From positions 412,630 through 476,629 of the forward strand of contig CAZNDZ010000001.1 in assembly GCA_964572155.1 (NCBI GenBank): 64,000 nucleotides of DNA, given 5' to 3'. Position numbers and translations under genes: made by a program. The DNA is from an uncultured Planctomycetales bacterium (GTDB taxonomy: Bacteria > Omnitrophota > Gorgyraeia > Zapsychrales > Fredricksoniimonadaceae). The notes beneath the pieces are model-generated. The model ran no database searches and was not told the DNA's origin. It saw only the letters and a list, made by a program, of their open reading frames with translations. Positions 9,253-19,037 of this stretch are shown here, one piece after another (the stretch's first letter is position 1; each line of letters starts with the position of its first letter).

Positions 9253-11622
9253 ATGAAGACATTATCGCTTATCCTATGTATTTGTTTATTGCCATTTTCC
9301 CAAGTCCATGCAGAGCAGCTAGTCCTGCCTGCCGGTCAGGCAGGTTTGCCTGTGCCGGGAACCATGGTGCTTTTAAGTCCTGCTCAAAATCGCCCAACAC
9401 TCAAAGGCATTAAGGTTGATGCACAAAATCCTTTGAATCTAAATTTCATTGTGGATGTTGGGCAATCTGCGAGCGTTAGCCCAGAACAAGCGAACGAATT
9501 GGTCAAATATTTCCTTGCCGCATTAACCACACCAGAACAAGACCTTTGGGTTAATTTAAGTCCTTATGAAAAAGATCGCATTGTGCCAGAAAGTTTTGGA
9601 CAAACAGCCATGGGTCGTGATTTATTAGCACAAGATTACATCTTAAAGCAAGTCACCGCGTCTTTGGTCTATCCAGAAGGAGAGTCGGGAAAAGCGTTTT
9701 GGCGAAAGATTTATGAAAATGCCCGCACTAAAAACACGCCGATCAACACCTTTAATAAAGTTTGGATTGTTCCAGACAAAGTTGTGATTTACGAGAATTC
9801 AAGAGCAGGTACTGCCTACGTTGTTGAATCATCTTTAAAAGTGCTAACCGAGCAGGATTACCTTGCAGCGTCAAAGAATCATGCCATGGAAAGTAATGAT
9901 CACATTGTGCGTGATTTGGTGATCCCACAATTGACCAAAGAAGTTAATGAAGGCGCAAACTTTGCCCAATTGCGACAAGTTTATCAGGCCTTGATTTTAG
10001 CCACGTGGTATAAGAAAAAAATCAACGATAGCATTATTGCAAATGCCTATGCTGGAAAAAATAAGATCAAAGGCGTCGAATATAACGATACGCAAGACGC
10101 AAAAGCCATCTATGCACGATACCTCGAGGCATTTAAAAAAGGGGCTTACAATTATATTAAAGAGGAACAAGATCCACAAACACAGCAAATGATCCCACGC
10201 AAATATTTCTCAGGTGGTGTGCAATTAAGTAGTCTTGCAATGACCACGGTTTCAAATCGCCCAAGCGTTAATCCTGCAAAATTAGCAATGGTTGAAGCCA
10301 AGCTGATCCCCGACGCTGCCATGAACACAGATCAAGCAGCTGAGTCCAGTCGTATTTCAAATTTGCTCATTGACCTAGCTTCAACAGATTTAAATAAACG
10401 TAAAGCAGTGGCATTTACCTTGCCAAGTGATCGCGCCAATCCAACGCTGTTAACGCAGATGCTCATTAAAAATATTGTTGAACCTATTGGGATTGAAGAA
10501 GCGAGAGCAACGTATCAAGGGGATCAATTTGATTCAGTAAGGTCTAAGCGCAATGCACAAGCGGCAACTATTTTTGCGTTAGCAAATTATGTTAAAACCG
10601 TCGACTATAATGCAAGTGTATATAAAACATCTTTCGATATTGACAAAGCCAAAACAATTCGCGCGACGATCCAACAGGAACAGATGCAAGATGCGGGATT
10701 TCGCGCTGTTTTACAAGAGTTAAACAGATTTTATTTAGAAACCAATGATGCACAATTGAAGAAAGATTATACACGTTGGTTGAAAGCCTCTCTCGATAAG
10801 GTTTTATCAATAAAAGCCAATGATGCTGCCATGGCCATTAAGAAGAAAAGTTTTATGCAATATTGGGAATCGTTAAGAGAAGTGGTTAAGGGGGTGCCTG
10901 CAAAAGATATGCCGTGGGTTATTGTGCCATATACGGAGTATTTACCGACGAGCAAGCCCGAGATTCGTATCACGCAAAAGTTTGTTATGGGATTTTCAGT
11001 TAGAACGGTTGAAATATCATTTTCTGAAGATGAGATACTCGATTTACGGATTCGCGATAGTAATCTTTTGTACAATAACACTATTCAAGATAATTTCTTC
11101 ATGCAATCTGGTCGCAGCGAACAGCTGTTGGCCATCATCTTGACGTGGCTTGGGAATAAACAGGTGTTTCCTGAATTCAAAAACCTGAACATGGTTACGG
11201 TGAGTCCGCTTGCTAGAGCGTTTTTTAAGCGGATGGTTAGCAAATGGCGCAAAGAGGGCGTTATTAAATCTCAAGTCATAAAAACAAAGAGAGGTAAGCA
11301 TTCCGAAAGGTTTAGTATTCGTCTTGATTTGTTGGATCCAAATAAGATTAAAAAGTCTATCGGCAGACCCTATATTCGAAAACCAGTTGTGCATACCGAT
11401 CATGCGATGACAAACAACGGGGGTATTGATTTAAATCCTAAGGGCATGGATATGCAGGCAGCGACGGATTCTAAAACAATTCAGTTTAAGTTGGATGCCG
11501 CAATGCTTTCACAATTGGAGGGTATGCAAGGGTTTACGCCACAGGTTTTGCGTATTGTGCCCCTGCCTTCTGGTCAAGCGGGGAGTAAGGCATTGTGGGG
11601 TTTTCTTGAAAGTCAGCCATGA
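9253..11622 (+). CDS. large secreted protein of unknown function (paralog A)
   Basis: 789 aa with a signal peptide (MKTLSLILCICLLPFSQVHA|EQ). The N-terminal ~330 aa and the C-terminal GGIDL-containing ~60 aa are clearly homologous to ORF 34175..36523. No known domain recognised. Confidence 0.6.
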   Translation: MKTLSLILCICLLPFSQVHAEQLVLPAGQAGLPVPGTMVLLSPAQNRPTLKGIKVDAQNPLNLNFIVDVGQSASVSPEQANELVKYFLAALTTPEQDLWVNLSPYEKDRIVPESFGQTAMGRDLLAQDYILKQVTASLVYPEGESGKAFWRKIYENARTKNTPINTFNKVWIVPDKVVIYENSRAGTAYVVESSLKVLTEQDYLAASKNHAMESNDHIVRDLVIPQLTKEVNEGANFAQLRQVYQALILATWYKKKINDSIIANAYAGKNKIKGVEYNDTQDAKAIYARYLEAFKKGAYNYIKEEQDPQTQQMIPRKYFSGGVQLSSLAMTTVSNRPSVNPAKLAMVEAKLIPDAAMNTDQAAESSRISNLLIDLASTDLNKRKAVAFTLPSDRANPTLLTQMLIKNIVEPIGIEEARATYQGDQFDSVRSKRNAQAATIFALANYVKTVDYNASVYKTSFDIDKAKTIRATIQQEQMQDAGFRAVLQELNRFYLETNDAQLKKDYTRWLKASLDKVLSIKANDAAMAIKKKSFMQYWESLREVVKGVPAKDMPWVIVPYTEYLPTSKPEIRITQKFVMGFSVRTVEISFSEDEILDLRIRDSNLLYNNTIQDNFFMQSGRSEQLLAIILTWLGNKQVFPEFKNLNMVTVSPLARAFFKRMVSKWRKEGVIKSQVIKTKRGKHSERFSIRLDLLDPNKIKKSIGRPYIRKPVVHTDHAMTNNGGIDLNPKGMDMQAATDSKTIQFKLDAAMLSQLEGMQGFTPQVLRIVPLPSGQAGSKALWGFLESQP

Positions 11623-12437
11623 TCAAAGATGTTAGGATTTTGAATTTCGACGATAGCGTTGCCTATCAAAAAGATTTTGTAACAAAGTTTAGCCCTGCCA
11701 TTGTTGATTTAAAGCATTTAAATCAGCCCGCACGCATGTGGGCATCGGATCAAACGGTGCAAGATATCAGCGCCTGCTTGCAACCATCCAAACGCCACGC
11801 CTTAACATTTATCGGCAGCAGCGACTATCATCATGTTTCTAGCATTTTGCTTAAGCAATTCATTCATCCCATCACCTTGATTGTTTTTGATCACCGTCCA
11901 GACTGGAATGTTTTTTGGCCGAAGGTTGCGTGTAATTCTTGGATTAGTCGGGAAATTGAGACGGTCAATGTCATCAATGTGATTGCTTTTGGTGTTGGTA
12001 AAGATGCCATGCATCCACCGTGGCGGATTGTAGGTAATTTTCGTGCGGCTAAAGGCGGACGTTTAAAACTATATGGGCCATATCCTATGCCATTGTTACC
12101 AAAAATCATGAAGCAAATTTATACTGAGGACATTTATATCAGCTTGGATAAAAGCTGTTTGAGGGAAAGTGAATGTTTAAGTAATTGGGAATCGGGGCGC
12201 ATGAATTTAGCGACTGTGTTGCAGATCATCGATGCCATTGGTAAGGAAAAAAATATTATTGGGATGGATGTGACGGGTGAGTATTCAACGCCTGTTTACG
12301 AACATATATTAAAGAAGGTCTTTGCGGGCATTGCTCGTCCAAAGGACTATTCTGCACGCAACAAAAGTCTTCCAGAAATTGACGCTATTAATGAAGACGT
12401 CAATATCCGCATTGCAACAGCCTTGTTAGCAAAATAA
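11619..12437 (+). CDS. arginase/deacetylase-fold-like protein with degenerate metal-binding motifs (hypothetical)
   Basis: 272 aa. FDHRPDW and ISLDKSCL...GMDVTGEYSTP align loosely to the ureohydrolase DAHAD / SxDxDxxDP regions. The ATGA start-stop overlap indicates translational coupling to the upstream secreted protein. Confidence 0.3.
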   Translation: MIKDVRILNFDDSVAYQKDFVTKFSPAIVDLKHLNQPARMWASDQTVQDISACLQPSKRHALTFIGSSDYHHVSSILLKQFIHPITLIVFDHRPDWNVFWPKVACNSWISREIETVNVINVIAFGVGKDAMHPPWRIVGNFRAAKGGRLKLYGPYPMPLLPKIMKQIYTEDIYISLDKSCLRESECLSNWESGRMNLATVLQIIDAIGKEKNIIGMDVTGEYSTPVYEHILKKVFAGIARPKDYSARNKSLPEIDAINEDVNIRIATALLAK

Positions 12438-12502
12438 TTGGCTTTTTAGCCAGTTGTGCTAGAATTACTAACCAAATTAAAAAAAACGTTTTAGGAGTCA
12501 GC

Positions 12503-13645
12503 ATGAATATCCGTACTAAATCGGTGCATACCGGCGTCAACATTGATAAAACTTTTAATTCTGTCATCACGCCCATCTATCCAACATCGACCTTTTATTT
12601 CGATGAAATTGGCAAGAATAAGGGCTATGACTATACCCGCAGTGGTAACCCAACACGTGCGGCCTTAGAGGCGAATATTGCTGCCCTCGAAGGTGGGGTC
12701 AATTGTTCAGTTACAGCGACGGGAATGGCTGCGATCACCGCGACCATGTTCTTCTTAAAGCCTGGGGATCATATTGTTGCAGGCGACGATATTTATGGCG
12801 GCACCTACCGTTTATTTAATGCGGTCTTGCGCCCCATGGGTTTTAATTTTTCATTCGTCAATATGCGCGATTTAGGTTTAGTCAAGCGGTCCATCACGGC
12901 TAAAACAAAAATGATTTGGATTGAAACACCGTCGAATCCTTTGCTTAATATCATTGATATTGAGGCCATTGTGAGTTTGGCTAAGAAACGCAAGATTTTA
13001 ACGGTTGCGGATAATACCTTTTTGTCACCATACTTCCAAAAGCCATTTGAATTTGGTGTGGATATGGTCGTGCATTCAACAACCAAATATATCAATGGTC
13101 ATAGCGATGTTGTTGGTGGCGCCATCATTTATAGCAATAAAGAAACCCAAGAGCGTGGCCGTTATTTGGTCAATGCCTTAGGTGTTTCTCAATCACCTTT
13201 TGATTCATGGTTGGTATTACGAGGGGTCAAGACATTGGCACCGCGCATGGAAATTCATCAAAGCAATGCCATGAAGGTGGCGCGTTTTTTAGAGGGTCAT
13301 GGCAATGTGAAAAAAGTATATTACCCAGGACTTAAAAGCCATCCTCAACAAGACTTGATTCAAAAACAAATGAAAGGTTTTGGTGGCATGTTGGCCTTTG
13401 AACTAAATACCAAGCGCGTGCCATTAAATACATTCTTTAAAAAATTAAAATATTTTGCCTTGGCGGAATCATTGGGTGGGGTCGAATCATTGACGGAAGC
13501 CCCATGGTTTATGAGCCATGCCTCGATGGGCGAAGCGGGATTAAAGAAGTCAGGGATAACCAAAGAGACGGTGCGTGTTTCTTTAGGGATCGAAGATGCC
13601 GATGATTTAATTGCTGATTTAAGTGAAGCGTTAAAAGGAAAATGA
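12503..13645 (+). CDS. Cys/Met-metabolism PLP-dependent enzyme (cystathionine gamma-synthase/gamma-lyase family)
   Basis: 380 aa; TRSGNPTR and HSTTKYINGHSD (PLP-lysine) motifs. Confidence 0.8.
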   Translation: MNIRTKSVHTGVNIDKTFNSVITPIYPTSTFYFDEIGKNKGYDYTRSGNPTRAALEANIAALEGGVNCSVTATGMAAITATMFFLKPGDHIVAGDDIYGGTYRLFNAVLRPMGFNFSFVNMRDLGLVKRSITAKTKMIWIETPSNPLLNIIDIEAIVSLAKKRKILTVADNTFLSPYFQKPFEFGVDMVVHSTTKYINGHSDVVGGAIIYSNKETQERGRYLVNALGVSQSPFDSWLVLRGVKTLAPRMEIHQSNAMKVARFLEGHGNVKKVYYPGLKSHPQQDLIQKQMKGFGGMLAFELNTKRVPLNTFFKKLKYFALAESLGGVESLTEAPWFMSHASMGEAGLKKSGITKETVRVSLGIEDADDLIADLSEALKGK

Positions 13646-14394
13646 TGAGACTATTTGTAATTTTATTAATGCTGATTATGCCTATAAAAGCAAATGCGGA
13701 TATGATCGGTGATGTTGAAGCGGCTGTTTTAGATAAAAATTATGCACAAGGTCGTGACTTAGCTTCCAAGATTTTAAAAAGTACGGCTGATTCTAAAGCT
13801 CGCATCAATGCAGAATATTATTTGGGCTTATGTCAATTACGCTTGGGTCAATATGCGCAAGCTCGCAGCGCGTTTCAAATTGTCATGGGTGCAGCAACAG
13901 CTCAAGATCTTTATGAGAAAGCCGCCTTAGGTTTGATCGAAGGGTTGTATATGGGCAGCTTTTATAGTGATGCTCTTAAAGAAGGCAAGAAACTCCTGAG
14001 TCGATATCCGAATTCTCCCTCAAAGAGTTTGATTTATTTGAAAATAGCCCGCACAAATTTGAAGTTGATGAAATGGGAAGAAGCGAAGAGTTATTTAAAT
14101 AAAGTCATCAACGAATTCCCGCAAAGTTTTGAAGCGCCCATTGCTAGAAGTTTACTTGAAGAAAAAGAATTTTTTGCCGTACAGGTTGGTTCATTCTTAG
14201 ATAAAGACAAAGCCATGCATTTGGTGGAAGATTTGAAAGCTAAGAATCAATATGCTTACATTGTTGAAACCATCATGCCAGACGGCAAGAAATTCTATCG
14301 CGTGCGTGTTGGACAAATTTCAGCGCTTGATCAAGCTCAAAGCGTGCAAACTCAATTATCCCGTCAGGGATACCCGTCTCTCATTTATCCTTAA
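13642..14394 (+). CDS. periplasmic TPR-repeat protein with C-terminal SPOR (peptidoglycan-binding) domain
   Basis: Signal peptide, TPR-like helical repeats, and a C-terminal FFAVQVGSF...YRVRVGQ SPOR-type fold. Confidence 0.55.
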   Translation: MMRLFVILLMLIMPIKANADMIGDVEAAVLDKNYAQGRDLASKILKSTADSKARINAEYYLGLCQLRLGQYAQARSAFQIVMGAATAQDLYEKAALGLIEGLYMGSFYSDALKEGKKLLSRYPNSPSKSLIYLKIARTNLKLMKWEEAKSYLNKVINEFPQSFEAPIARSLLEEKEFFAVQVGSFLDKDKAMHLVEDLKAKNQYAYIVETIMPDGKKFYRVRVGQISALDQAQSVQTQLSRQGYPSLIYP

Positions 14395-15284
14395 TGTCAC
14401 AAAAAATTATTTTCATCGTTGGTCCAACGGGTGTGGGTAAGTCAGCCCTAAGTCTTGCCATGGCACAACAATGCCAAGGCGAAATTGTTTCATGTGATGC
14501 CATGCAGGTGTACCGTGAGGTTAACATTGCCTGTGACAAACCGACCCTTGAAGCGCGGGCGGCAATACCGCATCATATGATCGATGTTGCGTCCGTCGTT
14601 GATGAATACGATGTGGCCCAGTTTGCAAAGGCCGCTAATAAAGCCATCCTTGAAATTTTGTCTAGAAATAAAACGCCCTTGGTGGTGGGCGGCAGTGGCA
14701 TGTATGCGACAGTGCTGCTTGATGGGATCTTTGACGCGCAATATCGCGACGAAGATTTACGCAAGAAATTGTTTGAGAAAGAATCAAGTCAATTGCATGC
14801 AGAGCTTGTAACAAAAGACCCCGTTGCTGCGAGTAAGATTCATCCCAATGATGCTATGCGTTTAGTGCGTGCGTTAGAAGTGATATATTTATCAGGCCGC
14901 CCCATCTCAGAGCTGCAGCAAAAACGTGAGGGGTTGTGGGGTAAGTATGCTATAACCATGGTAGGGTTAGATCGTAAGCGGTCGTTGCTTTATGAAAAGG
15001 CGGAAGCCCGAATTGAGGAAATGTTTCATAAAGGATTAGTTGAAGAAATACGCGCCGTGTCCCCATTACCAATTAGCCGAACGGCTGCAACGTTAATTGG
15101 CATACCTGAGGTTCGGGGATATATCGATGGAACACATGATTTAGAGCGCGCGAAATATTTGATGAAGTTATATACCAGACGGTATATCAAGCGTCAGCTC
15201 ACATGGTTTAGACGAGACAAGCGCATTACTTGGTTTGATGTGGATCAATACAGCTCGCAAGAAATCATTAAAAGGGTGTTATGA
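14394..15284 (+). CDS. miaA: tRNA dimethylallyltransferase
   Basis: GPTGVGKS P-loop and an overall MiaA sequence; 296 aa. Confidence 0.9.
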   Translation: MSQKIIFIVGPTGVGKSALSLAMAQQCQGEIVSCDAMQVYREVNIACDKPTLEARAAIPHHMIDVASVVDEYDVAQFAKAANKAILEILSRNKTPLVVGGSGMYATVLLDGIFDAQYRDEDLRKKLFEKESSQLHAELVTKDPVAASKIHPNDAMRLVRALEVIYLSGRPISELQQKREGLWGKYAITMVGLDRKRSLLYEKAEARIEEMFHKGLVEEIRAVSPLPISRTAATLIGIPEVRGYIDGTHDLERAKYLMKLYTRRYIKRQLTWFRRDKRITWFDVDQYSSQEIIKRVL

Positions 15285-16552
15285 GAGAAAAAATTTTATT
15301 ATGTGTGGTGCAGTTAACCAATCGCAGTGCGTGGACACCAGAAGATGAAGACAATGAAATGCGTGAACTCATCCAGTCCTGCGGCGGGGAAGTCATTGAA
15401 ACAATTTTTTGCAAAGCATTGCCGCCAACCCCGTCACATTTATTGACCAAGGGTAAGGTTGAAGAAATTGCTGTGCGTTGTCGGGAAGGTGACATTGATG
15501 CAGTCGTTGTGACCGCGGATTTAAAAGGCAGTCAACAGCGCAACCTCGAGGAGGATTTTGGGGTCAAGACCTTAGACCGCACACAGGTCATCTTAGATAT
15601 TTTTGCCAAGAATGCCACGTCGCTCGAGGGTAAAATGCAAGTTGAACTAGCGCAATTGCAATATATGTTGCCAAGGCTCGTTGGTAGCAATGATCAATTG
15701 TCGCGTTTAGGTGGTGGTATTGGTACCTCAGGTCCTGGGGAAACAAAATTGGAAGTTGACCGCAGGCGTATCAGCATGCGTGTTGCAAAATTAAAAAAAG
15801 AACTCAAAGAAATCACCTTAAGCCGCGAGGTTAAACGTAAGAAACGTCACGAGCATGAAATACCGACGGTGGCACTCGTAGGTTATACCAATGCGGGTAA
15901 GAGCACCTTGCTCAATGCCTTGACAAATGCGGGCACCAAGACGCATGACGGTTTATTTACAACCTTAGATTCGCTCTCACGGCAATGTGATTTGCCTAAT
16001 CATCATAAAGTGGTATTCTCAGATACCGTCGGATTTATGCATGATTTGCCTCATGGGCTGATTGAAGCATTCAAAGCTACGCTCGAAGAAGTGTCGCATG
16101 CCGATTTGTTGCTCCATGTCATTGATATTAGCAATCCCAATTACCGTAATCTATACGCATCGGTAAATGCTGTCTTGGAAGAATTAAAAGTTTTAGATAA
16201 GCCAACCATCTTGGTTTTAAATAAAATTGACCTCTGCGAAGATCGTAGCCGATTCGACACCTTTGTGCCGACAAACAAAGCCGATCAACCGCGGGTTGAA
16301 CATATTGGCATTAGCGCAGCCAAAGGCGAAAACATTCATTCGTTGTTGTTGATGGTTGAAGAGCATTTAACGTCGGGTAGTGTGGCCGTTGATGTGGTGG
16401 TGCCGGCTGGCCGTATGGATTTAGTTAATCTGGCGCACTCCAATGGTCAAGTTGAAGATGTGAAGTTTTTAGCTAAGGGCATACGCATCAAGGCGCTATT
16501 GCCAGCTAAGACGGCAGCCATCATCAACCGCGGCGCACTTAAGTCCAGTTAG
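15281..16552 (+). CDS. hflX: GTPase HflX
   Basis: HflX N-domain (GTSGPGETKLEVDRR) plus G-domain; 423 aa. Confidence 0.9.
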   Translation: MREKILLCVVQLTNRSAWTPEDEDNEMRELIQSCGGEVIETIFCKALPPTPSHLLTKGKVEEIAVRCREGDIDAVVVTADLKGSQQRNLEEDFGVKTLDRTQVILDIFAKNATSLEGKMQVELAQLQYMLPRLVGSNDQLSRLGGGIGTSGPGETKLEVDRRRISMRVAKLKKELKEITLSREVKRKKRHEHEIPTVALVGYTNAGKSTLLNALTNAGTKTHDGLFTTLDSLSRQCDLPNHHKVVFSDTVGFMHDLPHGLIEAFKATLEEVSHADLLLHVIDISNPNYRNLYASVNAVLEELKVLDKPTILVLNKIDLCEDRSRFDTFVPTNKADQPRVEHIGISAAKGENIHSLLLMVEEHLTSGSVAVDVVVPAGRMDLVNLAHSNGQVEDVKFLAKGIRIKALLPAKTAAIINRGALKSS

Positions 16553-16558
16553 CGTCGA

Positions 16559-16587
16559 TTGACAATATATATAAACTGTGTTAAATT
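16559..16587 (+). promoter_or_regulatory. sigma70-like promoter (TTGACA-17-TAAATT with TGn extended -10) upstream of the BamD-like gene
   Basis: TTGACA at 16559-16564 and TAAATT at 16582-16587, with a 17-nt spacer. The -10 sits only ~6 nt before ATG 16594, so the mRNA is possibly leaderless. Confidence 0.35.
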
Positions 16588-16593
16588 GACCAA

Positions 16594-17553
16594 ATGAAAC
16601 GCACTTCAAAACTACTTGCCGCATTTGTATTCTTTGCATTTTTATTTCCCAATATAAGCCATGCCGTGTGGATTTGGACACCGCAAACGGGTAAGTTTGT
16701 TAACCCTAAGATGGCAGTTAAATCAACCCCTCGTGAGCAATTGGAATATGCCTTGGCGTTCATGGATGGTAAAAAGTACCCTCAGGCCATGTCCGAGTTA
16801 AAGAAGTTAGTTAAGAATTATCCGCGCGCCAAAGAAGCCCCTGAAGCTCAATATTACATTGGACAAATATTAGAGGACACCAATAAACCTTATGATGCGT
16901 ATAAAGCCTATCAAATTGTTATTGATAAGTATCCTTTCAGTGAACGTGCTGCAGAGATCGTAGGTTTGCAATTTAACATTGCAAATCAGTTATTGGTTGG
17001 TAAGGATAAAAAAGGCAAATGGGTGCAAGCCATCGTAGGTGGGGATGATCGTATTATTGAGATATATCGCTCGGTGATTAAAAATGCACCATACGGCAAA
17101 TATGCGGCTGAAGCGCAATATAAGATTGGCTTATATTTAAAAGAGCGTGAATTGTATCAAGAAGCCCGTGATGAATTTGAAAAGACCTTAGGAGATTATC
17201 CTAATACCGAATGGGCTAAGGCCGCTAAATTTCAGATTGCCATGGCAGACACTGATCGTTCAGGCAGCATTCAACATGAACAAAAGACCACCAGCATTGC
17301 CTTGGAAGAATTTAAAGAATTCGTTAAGTCTCATCCTGACAGTGACTTAACACCCGAAGCAAAAAAACAAATTGCTCTATTGCGTGATAAGGAAGCACAA
17401 AGCGCCTTTGTGGTTGCGCAATTTTATGAAAAACAAAAGAATTATAAGTCCGCCGCAGTTTATTATCAGAATATCGTTAGCTATCATGCCGATACCGCAT
17501 GGGGTGCCAAAGCCCTTAAACGGTTACGCGCCATTGGTGGGTTCCTCAAATGA
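16594..17553 (+). CDS. TPR-repeat BamD/YfiO-like outer-membrane assembly protein
   Basis: Signal peptide and TPR-like repeats similar to BamD/YbgF. Followed by LptE-like and HolA-like genes. Confidence 0.4.
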   Translation: MKRTSKLLAAFVFFAFLFPNISHAVWIWTPQTGKFVNPKMAVKSTPREQLEYALAFMDGKKYPQAMSELKKLVKNYPRAKEAPEAQYYIGQILEDTNKPYDAYKAYQIVIDKYPFSERAAEIVGLQFNIANQLLVGKDKKGKWVQAIVGGDDRIIEIYRSVIKNAPYGKYAAEAQYKIGLYLKERELYQEARDEFEKTLGDYPNTEWAKAAKFQIAMADTDRSGSIQHEQKTTSIALEEFKEFVKSHPDSDLTPEAKKQIALLRDKEAQSAFVVAQFYEKQKNYKSAAVYYQNIVSYHADTAWGAKALKRLRAIGGFLK

Positions 17554-18065
17554 GAAAGATCTTTTTGATGTTGGTCTTGGCCTTAAGCGGTTGTGGGTAT
17601 ACCACAGGGTCTTTATTGCCGAGCAATTATCACACCATTCATATCGACGCTTTTAAAAATAAAATCGGGTATTTAAATGAAAGCACACGTGAATTATATA
17701 TCCCGTTGCTTGAAAATAAGGTGCACGATGCAATTGTTCAACGTTTCCAAAATGATGGTCATATCAAGGTGGAACGTAATGGGCAAACAGATTTGCTCTT
17801 AAAGGGTGAATTGATCCGCTTTGAACGCGAAGAATTACGCGTGGATAATGATCAAAATGTAACGGAATATCGTTTACGTGTGACGGTCAATATTGCCTTG
17901 ATCGATGCCTCTGATGATAAAGAGATTTGGAAAGAAGATTCATTCGCAGGTGAGGCAACGTACTATCTTTCTGGTCCTCAATCCAAGTCCGAAAGCGAAG
18001 CGATAGAAGATGCTTTAACCGATTTATCCCGCCGTGTCGTGGAACGGACTTTGGAAAATTGGTAA
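17550..18065 (+). CDS. LptE-like lipoprotein (LPS-assembly)
   Basis: Lipobox LALSGCGY and a size of 171 aa. Conserved lptE-holA gene order. Confidence 0.4.
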   Translation: MRKIFLMLVLALSGCGYTTGSLLPSNYHTIHIDAFKNKIGYLNESTRELYIPLLENKVHDAIVQRFQNDGHIKVERNGQTDLLLKGELIRFEREELRVDNDQNVTEYRLRVTVNIALIDASDDKEIWKEDSFAGEATYYLSGPQSKSESEAIEDALTDLSRRVVERTLENW

Positions 18066-18071
18066 TTTTCT

Positions 18072-18731
18072 ATGGTTTATTTATTGCTTGGGGAAGATCT
18101 AAAAGCAAAAGATGCCAAGATCGCTTCGATCAAATCCGCTGCATTTAAAAATCCTGAAGCATTAGTCTTTGACTTTGAACTCCTCGACGCTAATGGCATA
18201 GCACCAGATGCCCTTAAAAAAGCACTCATCACCTTGCCTGTCATCAATCAAAAACGTTTGGTCATTGTGCATAATGTGCATAAGTTAAAAGCCAATGATG
18301 TGGCGGCATTAAGCCAATTCATGCAGAAATCGGCTATTGTCATTGATCTTATTTTAGAATCTAGTGAAGCATCTCTAAAAGCAGAATGGAAGGATATTAT
18401 CACGTTATGCCAGACGCAAACATTTGCTTTGCCGCCTAAACCAAATGTTTTCGACATGACCAAACTCATGACAGCTGGTCGCTCAAAAGAAGCGCTTAAT
18501 ATGTTAAGCGGATTTTATCAAGACGGCACGCATCCGTTACAGATCTTAGGTGGATTGGCTTGGTTTTGGGGTAAAGATGGACGCAGACTAGCGCCGGCAG
18601 GTTTTGAAATGGGACTTAAAGCATTAGAGGAGGCTGACGTTAATATTAAACGCAGCCGCCTCGATGCAAATTATGCTGTTGAAAAAGTTGTTGTGGAACT
18701 AAGCGGTTTTCTTGCTAGTAGTCGCCGATAA
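18072..18731 (+). CDS. DNA polymerase III delta subunit-like (short HolA)
   Basis: N-terminal MVYLLLGEDLKAK...LVIVHNVHKL resembles the HolA N-domain. Synteny with LptE supports the call. Confidence 0.4.
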   Translation: MVYLLLGEDLKAKDAKIASIKSAAFKNPEALVFDFELLDANGIAPDALKKALITLPVINQKRLVIVHNVHKLKANDVAALSQFMQKSAIVIDLILESSEASLKAEWKDIITLCQTQTFALPPKPNVFDMTKLMTAGRSKEALNMLSGFYQDGTHPLQILGGLAWFWGKDGRRLAPAGFEMGLKALEEADVNIKRSRLDANYAVEKVVVELSGFLASSRR

Positions 18732-18974
18732 CATCTTGGCGAAACGGGATTTGCGTCTTGCAGCAGTCTTTTTGTGCATGACTTTGCGCTTGGCAGCTTT
18801 ATCAAACTTCTTATAAAGTGTCTTTAACAAATCTTTAGAATCTTTTTGTTTGCCTTCAACAGCGACGACAAAAGATTTCAAAGTCTTTTTAAGGTCGGTC
18901 TTGATGTCCAGATTTTGCATGCGTCTGGTGTGAGCTTTACGTGTTTCTTTAATGGCATTACGACGTTGTGGCAT
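18699..18974 (-). CDS. rpsT: 30S ribosomal protein S20
   Basis: 91 aa, basic and helical, with an S20-like pattern (NAIKE..R.R.). Confidence 0.8.
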   Translation of the reverse strand: MPQRRNAIKETRKAHTRRMQNLDIKTDLKKTLKSFVVAVEGKQKDSKDLLKTLYKKFDKAAKRKVMHKKTAARRKSRFAKMLSATTSKKTA

Positions 18975-19037
18975 TTTTTAAATCTCCATGTTTCTTTAGT
19001 TGTTTTAAGTGCGATAATATAGCAAAGAGCTCATTTT

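Noticed and set aside
12438-12502. Possible SAM riboswitch upstream of the cystathionine gamma-synthase-like gene
   Set aside because: The intergenic region is only ~65 nt and contains just a small hairpin plus a TGn -10. That is too short for an S-box aptamer.
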